In this document: in pieces, positions 25,201-38,340 of the stretch
How positions within the stretch are numbered: the first letter of the stretch is position 1
How the letters are laid out: each line of letters begins with the position of its first letter
Assembly (NCBI RefSeq): GCF_009914755.1
Contig: NC_060937.1
DNA from: the human T2T-CHM13v2.0 reference genome, Homo sapiens
DNA length: 64,000 nucleotides
Direction: 5' to 3' (one strand)
The notes under the pieces: model-generated
What the model was told of the DNA's origin: nothing
Database searches by the model: none
The model's input: the letters and a program-made list of their open reading frames with translations, nothing else
Made by a program: the position numbers and the translations under genes

Positions 25201-28200
25201 TCACCAAAGGCATCAAAGCGCTCCAAATGTCCACTTCCAGACACTACAAAAAGAGTGTTTCCAACGTGCTCTAAGAAAGCGAATGTTCAACTCTGTGACT
25301 TGAATGCAGATATCACAAAGTAGTTTCTGAGAGGGCTTCTGTCTAGATTTTAGATGATGATATTCCCGTTTCCAACGAAATCATTAGAGCTATCCAAATA
25401 TCCACTTACAGTTTCTACAAAAAGAGTGTTTCCAAACTGCTGCATCAAAAGAGAGGTTCCACTCTGTTAGCTGAGTACACACATCACAAACTTGTTTCTC
25501 AGAATCCTTCTGTCTCGTTTTTCTGGGAAGATATTTACTTTTTCACCGTAGGCATCAAAGCGCTCCAAATGTCCACATCCAGATACTCCAGAAAGAGTGT
25601 TTCAAACCTGCTCTATGAAAGGGAATCTTCAACTCTATGAGTTGAATGCAGACATCAGAAAGAAATTTCTGAGAATGCTGCTGTCTACCTTTTATTTGAA
25701 TTCCCGCTTCCAACGAAATCCTCCAAGCTATCCAAATATCCACTTGCAGATTCCACAAAAAGAGTGTTTCAAAACTGCTCTCTATCAATGGCAAAGTTCA
25801 ACTCTGTTAGTTGAGGACACATATCACCAACAAGTTTCTGAGAATGCTTCTGTCTATTTTTTATGGGAAGATATTTCCTTTTTCACCGTAGGCGTCAAGG
25901 CGATCGAAATGTCCACTTCCACAAACTACAAAAAGAGTGTTTCAAACCTGCTCTATGAAAGGCCATGTTCATCTCTATGAGTCGAATGGAAATATCCGAA
26001 AGAAATTTCTGGGAATGCTGCTGTCTAGTTTTTATACGAATTCCCGCTTCCAACGAAATCCTCAAAGCAATCCAAATATCCACTTGCAGAATCCACAAAA
26101 AGAGTGTTTCAAAACTGCTCTATCAATAGAAAGGTTCAACTCTTTTAGTTGAGTACACACATCACAAACAAGTTTCTGAGAATGCTTCTGTCTGGCTTTT
26201 ATTGGAAGACGTTTCCTTTTCACCAAAGGCATCAAAGCGCTCCAAATGTCCACTTCCAGATTCTTCCAAAAGAGTGTTTGAAACGTGCTCAAAGTAAGGG
26301 AATGTTCAACTCTGTGACTTGAATGCAGATATCACCAAGTAGTTTCTAATAGTGCTTCTGTCTAGATTTTAGATGATGATATTCCCGTTTCCAACGAAAT
26401 CGTTAGAGCTATCCAAATATCCACTTACAGTTGCTACAAAAACAGTGTTTCCAAACTGCTGCATCAAAAGAAAGGTTCAACTCTGTTAGTTGAGGACACA
26501 CGTCACAAAGAAGTTTGTGAGAATGCTTCTGTCTAGATTTTGTATGACGATATTCCCTTTTCCAACGATATCGTTAAAGCAATCTAAATATCCATTTGCA
26601 GAATCCACAAAAATAGAGTTTCAAAGCTGCTCTGTAAAAAGAAAGGTTCCACTCTGTTAGCTGAGTACACACATCACAAACTTGTTTCTCAGAATCCTTC
26701 TGTCTCGTTTTTCTGGGAAGATATTTACTTTTTCACCGTAGGCATCAAAGCGCTCCAAATGTCCACATCCAGATACTCCAGAAAGAGTGTTTCAAACCTG
26801 CTCTATGAAAGGGAATCTTCAACTCTATGAGTTGAATGCAGACATCAGAAAGAAATTTCTGAGAATGCTGCTGTCTACCTTTTATTTGAATTCCCGCTTC
26901 CAACGAAATCCTCCAAGCTATCCAAATATCCACTTGCAGATTCCACAAAAAGAGTGTTTCAAAACTGCTCTCTATCAATGGCAAAGTTCAACTCTGTTAG
27001 TTGAGGACACATATCACCAACAAGTTTCTGAGAATGCTTCTGTCTATTTTTTATGGGAAGATATTTCCTTTTTCACCGTAGGCGTCAAGGCGATCGAAAT
27101 GTCCACTTCCACAAACTACAAAAAGAGTGTTTCAAACCTGCTCTATGAAAGGCCATGTTCATCTCTATGAGTCGAATGGAAATATCCGAAAGAAATTTCT
27201 GGGAATGCTGCTGTCTAGTTTTTATACGAATTCCCGCTTCCAACGAAATCCTCAAAGCAATCCAAATATCCACTTGCAGAATCCACAAAAAGAGTGTTTC
27301 AAAACTGCTCTATCAATAGAAAGGTTCAACTCTTTTAGTTGAGTACACACATCACAAACAAGTTTCTGAGAATGCTTCTGTCTGGCTTTTATTGGAAGAC
27401 GTTTCCTTTTCACCAAAGGCATCAAAGCGCTCCAAATGTCCACTTCCAGATTCTTCCAAAAGAGTGTTTGAAACGTGCTCAAAGTAAGGGAATGTTCAAC
27501 TCTGTGACTTGAATGCAGATATCACCAAGTAGTTTCTAATAGTGCTTCTGTCTAGATTTTAGATGATGATATTCCCGTTTCCAACGAAATCGTTAGAGCT
27601 ATCCAAATATCCACTTACAGTTTCTACAAAAAGAGTGTTTCCAAACTGCTGCATCAAAAGAAAGGTTCAACTCTGTTAGTTGAGGACACACATCACAAAG
27701 AAGTTTGTGAGAATGCTTTTGTCTAGATTTTGTATGACCATATTCCCTTTCCCAGCGATATCATTAAAGCAATCTAAATATCCATTTGCAGAATCCACAA
27801 AAATAGAGTTTCAAAGCTGCTCTGTAAAAAGAAAGGTTCCACTCTGTTAGCTGAGTACACACATCACAAACTTGTTTCTGAGAATCCTTCTGTCTCGTTT
27901 TTATGGGAAGATATTTACTTTTTCACCGTAGGCATCAAAGCGCTCCAAATGTCCACATCCAGATACTCCAGAAAGAGTGTTTCAAACCTGCTCTATGAAA
28001 GGGAATCTTCAACTCTATGAGTTGAATGCAGACATCAGAAAGAAATTTCTGAGAATGCTGCTGTCTACCTTTTATTTGAACTCCCGCTTCCAACGAAATC
28101 CTCCAAGCTATCCAAATATCCACTTGCATTTTCCACAAAAAGAGTGCTTCAAAACTGCTCTATCAATAAATGTTCAACTCCTTTAGCTGGGTGCACACAT

Positions 28201-31200
28201 CACAAACAAGTTTCTGAGAATGCTTCTGTCTAGTTTTTATGGGAAGACATTCCCTTTTTCACCAAAGGCATCAAAGCGCTCCAAATGTCCACTTCCAGAC
28301 ACTACAAAAAGAGTGTTTCCAACGTGCTCTAAGAAAGCGAATGTTCAACTCTGTGACTTGAATGCAGATATCACAAAGTAGTTTCTGAGAGGGCTTCTGT
28401 CTAGATTTTAGATGATTATATTCCCGTTTCCAACGAAATCATTAGAGCTATCCAAATATCCACTTACAGTTTCTACAAAAAGAGTGTTTCCAAACTGCTG
28501 CATCAAAAGAGAGGTTCCACTCTGTTAGCTGAGTACACACATCACAAACTTGTTTCTGAGAATCCTTCTGTGTCGTTTTTCTGGGAAGATATTTACTTTT
28601 TCACCGTAGGCATCAAAGCGCTCCAAATGTCCACATCCAGATACTCCAGAAAGAGTGTTTCAAACCTGCTCTATGAAAGGGAATCTTCAACTCTATGAGT
28701 TGAATGCAGACATCAGAAAGAAATTTCTGAGAATGCTGCTGTCTACCTTTTATTTGAATTCCCGCTTCCAACGAAATCCTCCAAGCTATCCAAATATCCA
28801 CTTGCAGATTCCACAAAAAGAGTGTTTCAAAACTGCTCTCTATCAATGGCAAAGTTCAACTCTGTTAGTTGAGGACACATATCACCAACAAGTTTCTGAG
28901 AATGCTTCTGTCTATTTTTTATGGGAAGATATTTCCTTTTTCACCGTAGGCGTCAAGGCGATCGAAATGTCCACTTCCACAAACTACAAAAAGAGTGTTT
29001 CAAACCTGCTCTATGAAAGGCCATGTTCATCTCTATGAGTCGAATGGAAATATCCGAAAGAAATTTCTGGGAATGCTGCTGTCTAGTTTTTATACGAATT
29101 CCCGCTTCCAACGAAATCCTCAAAGCAATCCAAATATCCACTTGCAGAATCCACAAAAAGAGTGTTTCAAAACTGCTCTATCAATAGAAAGGTTCAACTC
29201 TTTTAGTTGAGTACACACATCACAAACAAGTTTCTGAGAATGCTTCTGTCTGGCTTTTATTGGAAGACGTTTCCTTTTCACCAAAGGCATCAAAGCGCTC
29301 CAAATGTCCACTTCCAGATTCTTCCAAAAGAGTGTTTGAAACGTGCTCAAAGTAAGGGAATGTTCAACTCTGTGACTTGAATGCAGATATCACCAAGTAG
29401 TTTCTAATAGTGCTTCTGTCTAGATTTTAGATGATGATATTCCCGTTTCCAACGAAATCGTTAGAGCTATCCAAATATCCACTTACAGTTGCTACAAAAA
29501 CAGTGTTTCCAAACTGCTGCATCAAAAGAAAGGTTCAACTCTGTTAGTTGAGGACACACGTCACAAAGAAGTTTGTGAGAATGCTTCTGTCTAGATTTTG
29601 TATGACGATATTCCCTTTTCCAACGATATCGTTAAAGCAATCTAAATATCCATTTGCAGAATCCACAAAAATAGAGTTTCAAAGCTGCTCTGTAAAAAGA
29701 AAGGTTCCACTCTGTTAGCTGAGTACACACATCACAAACTTGTTTCTCAGAATCCTTCTGTCTCGTTTTTCTGGGAAGATATTTACTTTTTCACCGTAGG
29801 CATCAAAGCGCTCCAAATGTCCACATCCAGATACTCCAGAAAGAGTGTTTCAAACCTGCTCTATGAAAGGGAATCTTCAACTCTATGAGTTGAATGCAGA
29901 CATCAGAAAGAAATTTCTGAGAATGCTGCTGTCTACCTTTTATTTGAATTCCCGCTTCCAACGAAATCCTCCAAGCTATCCAAATATCCACTTGCAGATT
30001 CCACAAAAAGAGTGTTTCAAAACTGCTCTCTATCAATGGCAAAGTTCAACTCTGTTAGTTGAGGACACATATCACCAACAAGTTTCTGAGAATGCTTCTG
30101 TCTATTTTTTATGGGAAGATATTTCCTTTTTCACCGTAGGCGTCAAGGCGATCGAAATGTCCACTTCCACAAACTACAAAAAGAGTGTTTCAAACCTGCT
30201 CTATGAAAGGCCATGTTCATCTCTATGAGTCGAATGGAAATATCCGAAAGAAATTTCTGGGAATGCTGCTGTCTAGTTTTTATACGAATTCCCGCTTCCA
30301 ACGAAATCCTCAAAGCAATCCAAATATCCACTTGCAGAATCCACAAAAAGAGTGTTTCAAAACTGCTCTATCAATAGAAAGGTTCAACTCTTTTAGTTGA
30401 GTACACACATCACAAACAAGTTTCTGAGAATGCTTCTGTCTGGCTTTTATTGGAAGACGTTTCCTTTTCACCAAAGGCATCAAAGCGCTCCAAATGTCCA
30501 CTTCCAGATTCTTCCAAAAGAGTGTTTGAAACGTGCTCAAAGTAAGGGAATGTTCAACTCTGTGACTTGAATGCAGATATCACCAAGTAGTTTCTAATAG
30601 TGCTTCTGTCTAGATTTTAGATGATGATATTCCCGTTTCCAACGAAATCGTTAGAGCTATCCAAATATCCACTTATAGTTGCTACAAAAACAGTGTTTCC
30701 AAACTGCTGCATCAAAAGAAAGGTTCAACTCTGTTAGTTGAGGACACACGTCACAAAGAAGTTTGTGAGAATGCTTCTGTCTAGATTTTGTATGACGATA
30801 TTCCCTTTTCCAACGATATCGTTAAAGCAATCTAAATATCCATTTGCAGAATCCACAAAAATAGAGTTTCAAAGCTGCTCTGTAAAAAGAAAGGTTCCAC
30901 TCTGTTAGCTGAGTACACACATCACAAACTTGTTTCTCAGAATCCTTCTGTCTCGTTTTTCTGGGAAGATATTTACTTTTTCACCGTAGGCATCAAAGCG
31001 CTCCAAATGTCCACATCCAGATACTCCAGAAAGAGTGTTTCAAACCTGCTCTATGAAAGGGAATCTTCAACTCTATGAGTTGAATGCAGACATCAGAAAG
31101 AAATTTCTGAGAATGCTGCTGTCTACCTTTTATTTGAATTCCCGCTTCCAACGAAATCCTCCAAGCTATCCAAATATCCACTTGCAGATTCCACAAAAAG

Positions 31201-34197
31201 AGTGTTTCAAAACTGCTCTCTATCAATGGCAAAGTTCAACTCTGTTAGTTGAGGACACATATCACCAACAAGTTTCTGAGAATGCTTCTGTCTATTTTTT
31301 ATGGGAAGATATTTCCTTTTTCACCGTAGGCGTCAAGGCGATCGAAATGTCCACTTCCACAAACTACAAAAAGAGTGTTTCAAACCTGCTCTATGAAAGG
31401 CCATGTTCATCTCTATGAGTCGAATGGAAATATCCGAAAGAAATTTCTGGGAATGCTGCTGTCTAGTTTTTATACGAATTCCCGCTTCCAACGAAATCCT
31501 CAAAGCAATCCAAATATCCACTTGCAGAATCCACAAAAAGAGTGTTTCAAAACTGCTCTATCAATAGAAAGGTTCAACTCTTTTAGTTGAGTACACACAT
31601 CACAAACAAGTTTCTGAGAATGCTTCTGTCTGGCTTTTATTGGAAGACGTTTCCTTTTCACCAAAGGCATCAAAGCGCTCCAAATGTCCACTTCCAGATT
31701 CTTCCAAAAGAGTGTTTGAAACGTGCCCAAAGTAAGGGAATGTTCAACTCTGTGACTTGAATGCAGATATCACCAAGTAGTTTCTAATAGTGCTTCTGTC
31801 TAGATTTTAGATGATGATATTCCCGTTTCCAACGAAATCGTTAGAGCTATCCAAATATCCACTTACAGTTTCTACAAAAAGAGTGTTTCCAAACTGCTGC
31901 ATCAAAAGAAAGGTTCAACTCTGTTAGTTGAGGACACACATCACAAAGAAGTTTGTGAGAATGCTTCTGTCTAGATTTTGTATGACCATATTCCCTTTCC
32001 CAGCGATATCATTAAAGCAATCTAAATATCCATTTGCAGAATCCACAAAAATAGAGTTTCAAAGCTGCTCTGTAAAAAGAAAGGTTCCACTCTGTTAGCT
32101 GAGTACACACATCACAAACTTGTTTCTGAGAATCCTTCTGTCTCGTTTTTATGGGAAGATATTTACTTTTTCACCGTAGGCATCAAAGCGCTCCAAATGT
32201 CCACATCCAGATACTCCAGAAAGAGTGTTTCAAACCTGCTCTATGAAAGGGAATCTTCAACTCTATGAGTTGAATGCAGACATCAGAAAGAAATTTCTGA
32301 GAATGCTGCTGTCTACCTTTTATTTGAACTCCCGCTTCCAACGAAATCCTCCAAGCTATCCAAATATCCACTTGCATTTTCCACAAAAAGAGTGCTTCAA
32401 AACTGCTCTATCAATAAATGTTCAACTCCTTTAGCTGGGTGCACACATCACAAACAAGTTTCTGAGAATGCTTCTGTCTAGTTTTTATGGGAAGACATTC
32501 CCTTTTTCACCAAAGGCATCAAAGCGCTCCAAATGTCCACTTCCAGACACTACAAAAAGAGTGTTTCCAACGTGCTCTAAGAAAGCGAATGTTCAACTCT
32601 GTGACTTGAATACAGATATCACAAAGTAGTTTCTGAGAGGGCTTCTGTCTAGATTTTAGATGATGATATTCCCGTTTCCAACGAAATCATTAGAGCTATC
32701 CAAATATCCACTTACAGTTTCTACAAAAAGAGTGTTTCCAAACTGCTGCATCAAAAGAGAGGTTCCACTCTGTTAGCTGAGTACACACATCACAAACTTG
32801 TTTCTGAGAATCCTTCTGTGTCGTTTTTCTGGGAAGATATTTACTTTTTCACCGTAGGCATCAAAGCGCTCCAAATGTCCACATCCAGATACTCCAGAAA
32901 GAGTGTTTCAAACCTGCTCTATGAAAGGGAATCTTCAACTCTATGAGTTGAATGCAGACATCAGAAAGAAATTTCTGAGAATGCTGCTGTCTACCTTTTA
33001 TTTGAATTCCCGCTTCCAACGAAATCCTCCAAGCTATCCAAATATCCACTTGCAGATTCCACAAAAAGAGTGTTTCAAAACTGCTCTCTATCAATGGCAA
33101 AGTTCAACTCTGTTAGTTGAGGACACATATCACCAACAAGTTTCTGAGAATGCTTCTGTCTATTTTTTATGGGAAGATATTTCCTTTTTCACCGTAGGCG
33201 TCAAGGCGATCGAAATGTCCACTTCCACAAACTACAAAAAGAGTGTTTCAAACCTGCTCTATGAAAGGCCATGTTCATCTCTATGAGTCGAATGGAAATA
33301 TCCGAAAGAAATTTCTGGGAATGCTGCTGTCTAGTTTTTATACGAATTCCCGCTTCCAACGAAATCCTCAAAGCAATCCAAATATCCACTTGCAGAATCC
33401 ACAAAAAGAGTGTTTCAAAACTGCTCTATCAATAGAAAGGTTCAACTCTTTTAGTTGAGTACACACATCACAAACAAGTTTCTGAGAATGCTTCTGTCTG
33501 GCTTTTATTGGAAGACGTTTCCTTTTCACCAAAGGCATCAAAGCGCTCCAAATGTCCACTTCCAGATTCTTCCAAAAGAGTGTTTGAAACGTGCTCAAAG
33601 TAAGGGAATGTTCAACTCTGTGACTTGAATGCAGATATCACCAAGTAGTTTCTAATAGTGCTTCTGTCTAGATTTTAGATGATGATATTCCCGTTTCCAA
33701 CGAAATCGTTAGAGCTATCCAAATATCCACTTACAGTTGCTACAAAAACAGTGTTTCCAAACTGCTGCATCAAAAGAAAGGTTCAACTCTGTTAGTTGAG
33801 GACACACGTCACAAAGAAGTTTGTGAGAATGCTTCTGTCTAGATTTTGTATGACGATATTCCCTTTTCCAACGATATCGTTAAAGCAATCTAAATATCCA
33901 TTTGCAGAATCCACAAAAATAGAGTTTCAAAGCTGCTCTGTAAAAAGAAAGGTTCCACTCTGTTAGCTGAGTACACACATCACAAACTTGTTTCTCAGAA
34001 TCCTTCTGTCTCGTTTTTCTGGGAAGATATTTACTTTTTCACCGTAGGCATCAAAGCGCTCCAAATGTCCACATCCAGATACTCCAGAAAGAGTGTTTCA
34101 AACCTGCTCTATGAAAGGGAATCTTCAACTCTATGAGTTGAATGCAGACATCAGAAAGAAATTTCTGAGAATGCTGCTGTCTACCTTTTATTTGAAT

Positions 34198-34214
34198 TCC
34201 CGCTTCCAACAAAA
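34198..34214 (-). promoter_or_regulatory. Mutated CENP-B box (TTCG>TTTG)
   Basis: tcccgcttccaacAaaa, G>A at 34211. It also shows up in the ORF track as RFQR>RFQQ in 34093..34476. Confidence 0.88.
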
Positions 34215-37200
34215 TCCTCCAAGCTATCCAAATATCCACTTGCAGATTCCACAAAAAGAGTGTTTCAAAACTGCTCTCTATCAATGGCAAAGTTCAACTC
34301 TGTTAGTTGAGGACACATATCACCAACAAGTTTCTGAGAATGCTTCTGTCTATTTTTTATGGGAAGATATTTCCTTTTTCACCGTAGGCGTCAAGGCGAT
34401 CGAAATGTCCACTTCCACAAACTACAAAAAGAGTGTTTCAAACCTGCTCTATGAAAGGCCATGTTCATCTCTATGAGTCGAATGGAAATATCCGAAAGAA
34501 ATTTCTGGGAATGCTGCTGTCTAGTTTTTATACGAATTCCCGCTTCCAACGAAATCCTCAAAGCAATCCAAATATCCACTTGCAGAATCCACAAAAAGAG
34601 TGTTTCAAAACTGCTCTATCAATAGAAAGGTTCAACTCTTTTAGTTGAGTACACACATCACAAACAAGTTTCTGAGAATGCTTCTGTCTGGCTTTTATTG
34701 GAAGACGTTTCCTTTTCACCAAAGGCATCAAAGCGCTCCAAATGTCCACTTCCAGATTCTTCCAAAAGAGTGTTTGAAACGTGCTCAAAGTAAGGGAATG
34801 TTCAACTCTGTGACTTGAATGCAGATATCACCAAGTAGTTTCTAATAGTGCTTCTGTCTAGATTTTAGATGATGATATTCCCGTTTCCAACGAAATCGTT
34901 AGAGCTATCCAAATATCCACTTACAGTTGCTACAAAAACAGTGTTTCCAAACTGCTGCATCAAAAGAAAGGTTCAACTCTGTTAGTTGAGGACACACGTC
35001 ACAAAGAAGTTTGTGAGAATGCTTCTGTCTAGATTTTGTATGACGATATTCCCTTTTCCAACGATATCGTTAAAGCAATCTAAATATCCATTTGCAGAAT
35101 CCACAAAAATAGAGTTTCAAAGCTGCTCTGTAAAAAGAAAGGTTCCACTCTGTTAGCTGAGTACACACATCACAAACTTGTTTCTCAGAATCCTTCTGTC
35201 TCGTTTTTCTGGGAAGATATTTACTTTTTCACCGTAGGCATCAAAGCGCTCCAAATGTCCACATCCAGATACTCCAGAAAGAGTGTTTCAAACCTGCTCT
35301 ATGAAAGGGAATCTTCAACTCTATGAGTTGAATGCAGACATCAGAAAGAAATTTCTGAGAATGCTGCTGTCTACCTTTTATTTGAATTCCCGCTTCCAAC
35401 GAAATCCTCCAAGCTATCCAAATATCCACTTGCAGATTCCACAAAAAGAGTGTTTCAAAACTGCTCTCTATCAATGGCAAAGTTCAACTCTGTTAGTTGA
35501 GGACACATATCACCAACAAGTTTCTGAGAATGCTTCTGTCTATTTTTTATGGGAAGATATTTCCTTTTTCACCGTAGGCGTCAAGGCGATCGAAATGTCC
35601 ACTTCCACAAACTACAAAAAGAGTGTTTCAAACCTGCTCTATGAAAGGCCATGTTCATCTCTATGAGTCGAATGGAAATATCCGAAAGAAATTTCTGGGA
35701 ATGCTGCTGTCTAGTTTTTATACGAATTCCCGCTTCCAACGAAATCCTCAAAGCAATCCAAATATCCACTTGCAGAATCCACAAAAAGAGTGTTTCAAAA
35801 CTGCTCTATCAATAGAAAGGTTCAACTCTTTTAGTTGAGTACACACATCACAAACAAGTTTCTGAGAATGCTTCTGTCTGGCTTTTATTGGAAGACGTTT
35901 CCTTTTCACCAAAGGCATCAAAGCGCTCCAAATGTCCACTTCCAGATTCTTCCAAAAGAGTGTTTGAAACGTGCTCAAAGTAAGGGAATGTTCAACTCTG
36001 TGACTTGAATGCAGATATCACCAAGTAGTTTCTAATAGTGCTTCTGTCTAGATTTTAGATGATGATATTCCCGTTTCCAACGAAATCGTTAGAGCTATCC
36101 AAATATCCACTTATAGTTGCTACAAAAACAGTGTTTCCAAACTGCTGCATCAAAAGAAAGGTTCAACTCTGTTAGTTGAGGACACACGTCACAAAGAAGT
36201 TTGTGAGAATGCTTCTGTCTAGATTTTGTATGACGATATTCCCTTTTCCAACGATATCGTTAAAGCAATCTAAATATCCATTTGCAGAATCCACAAAAAT
36301 AGAGTTTCAAAGCTGCTCTGTAAAAAGAAAGGTTCCACTCTGTTAGCTGAGTACACACATCACAAACTTGTTTCTCAGAATCCTTCTGTCTCGTTTTTCT
36401 GGGAAGATATTTACTTTTTCACCGTAGGCATCAAAGCGCTCCAAATGTCCACATCCAGATACTCCAGAAAGAGTGTTTCAAACCTGCTCTATGAAAGGGA
36501 ATCTTCAACTCTATGAGTTGAATGCAGACATCAGAAAGAAATTTCTGAGAATGCTGCTGTCTACCTTTTATTTGAATTCCCGCTTCCAACGAAATCCTCC
36601 AAGCTATCCAAATATCCACTTGCAGATTCCACAAAAAGAGTGTTTCAAAACTGCTCTCTATCAATGGCAAAGTTCAACTCTGTTAGTTGAGGACACATAT
36701 CACCAACAAGTTTCTGAGAATGCTTCTGTCTATTTTTTATGGGAAGATATTTCCTTTTTCACCGTAGGCGTCAAGGCGATCGAAATGTCCACTTCCACAA
36801 ACTACAAAAAGAGTGTTTCAAACCTGCTCTATGAAAGGCCATGTTCATCTCTATGAGTCGAATGGAAATATCCGAAAGAAATTTCTGGGAATGCTGCTGT
36901 CTAGTTTTTATACGAATTCCCGCTTCCAACGAAATCCTCAAAGCAATCCAAATATCCACTTGCAGAATCCACAAAAAGAGTGTTTCAAAACTGCTCTATC
37001 AATAGAAAGGTTCAACTCTTTTAGTTGAGTACACACATCACAAACAAGTTTCTGAGAATGCTTCTGTCTGGCTTTTATTGGAAGACGTTTCCTTTTCACC
37101 AAAGGCATCAAAGCGCTCCAAATGTCCACTTCCAGATTCTTCCAAAAGAGTGTTTGAAACGTGCCCAAAGTAAGGGAATGTTCAACTCTGTGACTTGAAT

Positions 37201-38340
37201 GCAGATATCACCAAGTAGTTTCTAATAGTGCTTCTGTCTAGATTTTAGATGATGATATTCCCGTTTCCAACGAAATCGTTAGAGCTATCCAAATATCCAC
37301 TTACAGTTTCTACAAAAAGAGTGTTTCCAAACTGCTGCATCAAAAGAAAGGTTCAACTCTGTTAGTTGAGGACACACATCACAAAGAAGTTTGTGAGAAT
37401 GCTTCTGTCTAGATTTTGTATGACCATATTCCCTTTCCCAGCGATATCATTAAAGCAATCTAAATATCCATTTGCAGAATCCACAAAAATAGAGTTTCAA
37501 AGCTGCTCTGTAAAAAGAAAGGTTCCACTCTGTTAGCTGAGTACACACATCACAAACTTGTTTCTGAGAATCCTTCTGTCTCGTTTTTATGGGAAGATAT
37601 TTACTTTTTCACCGTAGGCATCAAAGCGCTCCAAATGTCCACATCCAGATACTCCAGAAAGAGTGTTTCAAACCTGCTCTATGAAAGGGAATCTTCAACT
37701 CTATGAGTTGAATGCAGACATCAGAAAGAAATTTCTGAGAATGCTGCTGTCTACCTTTTATTTGAACTCCCGCTTCCAACGAAATCCTCCAAGCTATCCA
37801 AATATCCACTTGCATTTTCCACAAAAAGAGTGCTTCAAAACTGCTCTATCAATAAATGTTCAACTCCTTTAGCTGGGTGCACACATCACAAACAAGTTTC
37901 TGAGAATGCTTCTGTCTAGTTTTTATGGGAAGACATTCCCTTTTTCACCAAAGGCATCAAAGCGCTCCAAATGTCCACTTCCAGACACTACAAAAAGAGT
38001 GTTTCCAACGTGCTCTAAGAAAGCGAATGTTCAACTCTGTGACTTGAATACAGATATCACAAAGTAGTTTCTGAGAGGGCTTCTGTCTAGATTTTAGATG
38101 ATGATATTCCCGTTTCCAACGAAATCATTAGAGCTATCCAAATATCCACTTACAGTTTCTACAAAAAGAGTGTTTCCAAACTGCTGCATCAAAAGAGAGG
38201 TTCCACTCTGTTAGCTGAGTACACACATCACAAACTTGTTTCTGAGAATCCTTCTGTGTCGTTTTTCTGGGAAGATATTTACTTTTTCACCGTAGGCATC
38301 AAAGCGCTCCAAATGTCCACATCCAGATACTCCAGAAAGA

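Larger units (their letters stand above)
4189..28654 (-). repeat. Eight tandem 7-7-4 (18-monomer; 3058 bp, one of 3060 bp) super-units
   Basis: 4-mer cassettes sit at 6569, 9627, 12685, 15743, 18801, 21859 and 24917 (step 3058) and at 27977 (step 3060), each preceded by two 7-mers. Confidence 0.92.

Noticed and set aside
4189-28654. 3058-bp 18-mer resembling the chr6 D6Z1 18-mer in size
   Set aside because: The size match is coincidental. This unit is composed of two near-identical 7-mers plus a 4-mer of the same family as the rest of the window.
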